A stretch of 64,000 bases of DNA from Octopus vulgaris. Its lineage: Eukaryota. The translations under genes were made by a program, and so were the position numbers. A model generated the notes under the pieces. It saw only the letters and a program-made list of their open reading frames with translations. It made no database searches and was not told where the DNA came from. Where the stretch lies: assembly GCA_951406725.2 (NCBI GenBank), contig OX597814.1:102300001-102364000 (forward strand), read 5' to 3'. Shown here piece after piece: positions 62,763 through 64,000 of the stretch. Every line of letters begins with the position of its first letter. Positions within the stretch are counted from its first letter, which is position 1.

Positions 62763-62981
62763 CTTATTGCCCACAAGGAGCTAAACATAGAGGGGACAAA
62801 CAAGGACAGACAAAGGGATTAAGTCGATTAGATCGACCCCAGTGCATAACTGGTACTTAATTTATCGACCCTGAAAGGCAAAGTCGACCTTGGCGGAATT
62901 TGAACTTAGAACGTAAAGACAGATGAAATACTGCTAAACATTTCGCCCGGCATGCTAACGTTTCTGCCAGCTTGCCGCCTT
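62763..62981 (-). mobile_element. SINE family A inserted in a degraded SINE B
   Basis: Reverse complement of 2681-2909. Confidence 0.88.
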
Positions 62982-63427
62982 CTTACTACACAACCAACCC
63001 TGCACCTATATGTACCATATTAATGTGTATCATTGCTTATTTCTACTTTCACTTTCTCTAAATTAGTCACTCAAACCAGTGAATCATTATAACTACCATC
63101 TTCTTTGATACTGTATTATGGATTTTGAAAATTTTAACCAGGAAAATTAATCAACTGAAAACTTGAGTCAAACACATAGTACAGCATAAATGATATGATA
63201 CAGTCCCCCATTCCCAGTCTACCGATAAGCCAGAACTATAATTAATTTGTTAGCCATTTGTGACTTATCTTGAAGGCTTTCACTACTATGGGTTTTGTTT
63301 TTCTTTACATTATTTCTTCATTTGAAACAAGATATTGTTTTGCTGATATCGCTTATCATCTCAAGTATAGTTATCATGGTTGTCAGAGTCCTTTGGTTGT
63401 GGTGCACACCTTTCTCTTGTCCTGGCT

Positions 63428-63600
63428 GTCATCATCATCATCACCATCATCATTGTCATTGCCATAATCACCACCACTACCAGCACCACCATCATCATCG
63501 TCATCGTCGTCATCGTCCTCATTTCTTGTCCTCTTTGTTGTTGGCTGCAGTCAACATCATCATTATTCTCCTCAATGACATCATCATCATCAGCCTTATT
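63428..63600. repeat. (CAT/CAC/CGT)n low-complexity trinucleotide tract
   Basis: Directly visible. Confidence 0.9.
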
Positions 63601-64000
63601 AACTGCAGTGTTATTACCACTATCTTTCTCTTCTTCCTTCTACCTTCCTCCTCAACGCCATAATTGTTGGTACTGAATTTACTTTTGTTTTCCATTTGGC
63701 ATAGATTGCAAAGAATTTTTGCTCAGAGATATATGTTATTTATATTATGCTTCTATTGTCCCAGTCATTGGAAAGGGGCATATTGTGCCATTAGAGAGTC
63801 AGATAGATTACCTTGTAACATTTGTCTAGACTCTCTGCTCTCTCTCTCTCTCCTTCCTCCTCTCTCCACTTTCTCATGGAGAAATATAACAGTGCTCGAA
63901 AATGAATGTGGGTTGGCAGCAGGAAGGGTATTTGGCTGTAGAAAATCTATCTCAGTGAATTCTATCAGACCTTTGCAAACATGGAAAAGTGGACATTAAA

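Noticed and set aside
63295-63676. His-, Ile- and Ser-rich ORFs
   Set aside because: Artefacts of the (CAT)n low-complexity tract.

Overview
AT-rich, repeat-dense animal genomic DNA. The SINE, Penelope and microsatellite repertoire strongly resembles an octopod cephalopod genome (inference). I found no host protein-coding exon. Every recognisable coding stretch is transposon-derived: Helitron helicase, RTE and CR1 LINE fragments, Tc1 and maT-like transposases, two clades of Penelope-like elements (one nearly intact) and a zinc-knuckle ORF1-only retroelement. The window most plausibly holds a promoter and non-coding first exon (~3.4-4.0 kb, + strand) followed by very long intronic sequence. 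Main observations: (1) a TSD-flanked 1.6-kb ORF1/gag-only retroelement whose 3' tail matches that of an abundant tRNA-SINE family; (2) + strand AG|GT sites with recursive-splicing architecture at 37617 and 57859, weaker at 26843 and 44052; (3) several distinct minimal hammerhead-ribozyme motifs in Penelope termini; (4) a complex inverted duplication that preserves the empty site of a Helitron; (5) an apparent switch from CpG-retaining to CpG-depleted DNA near 27.5 kb. All calls were made by eye. Coordinates of degraded repeats are approximate.
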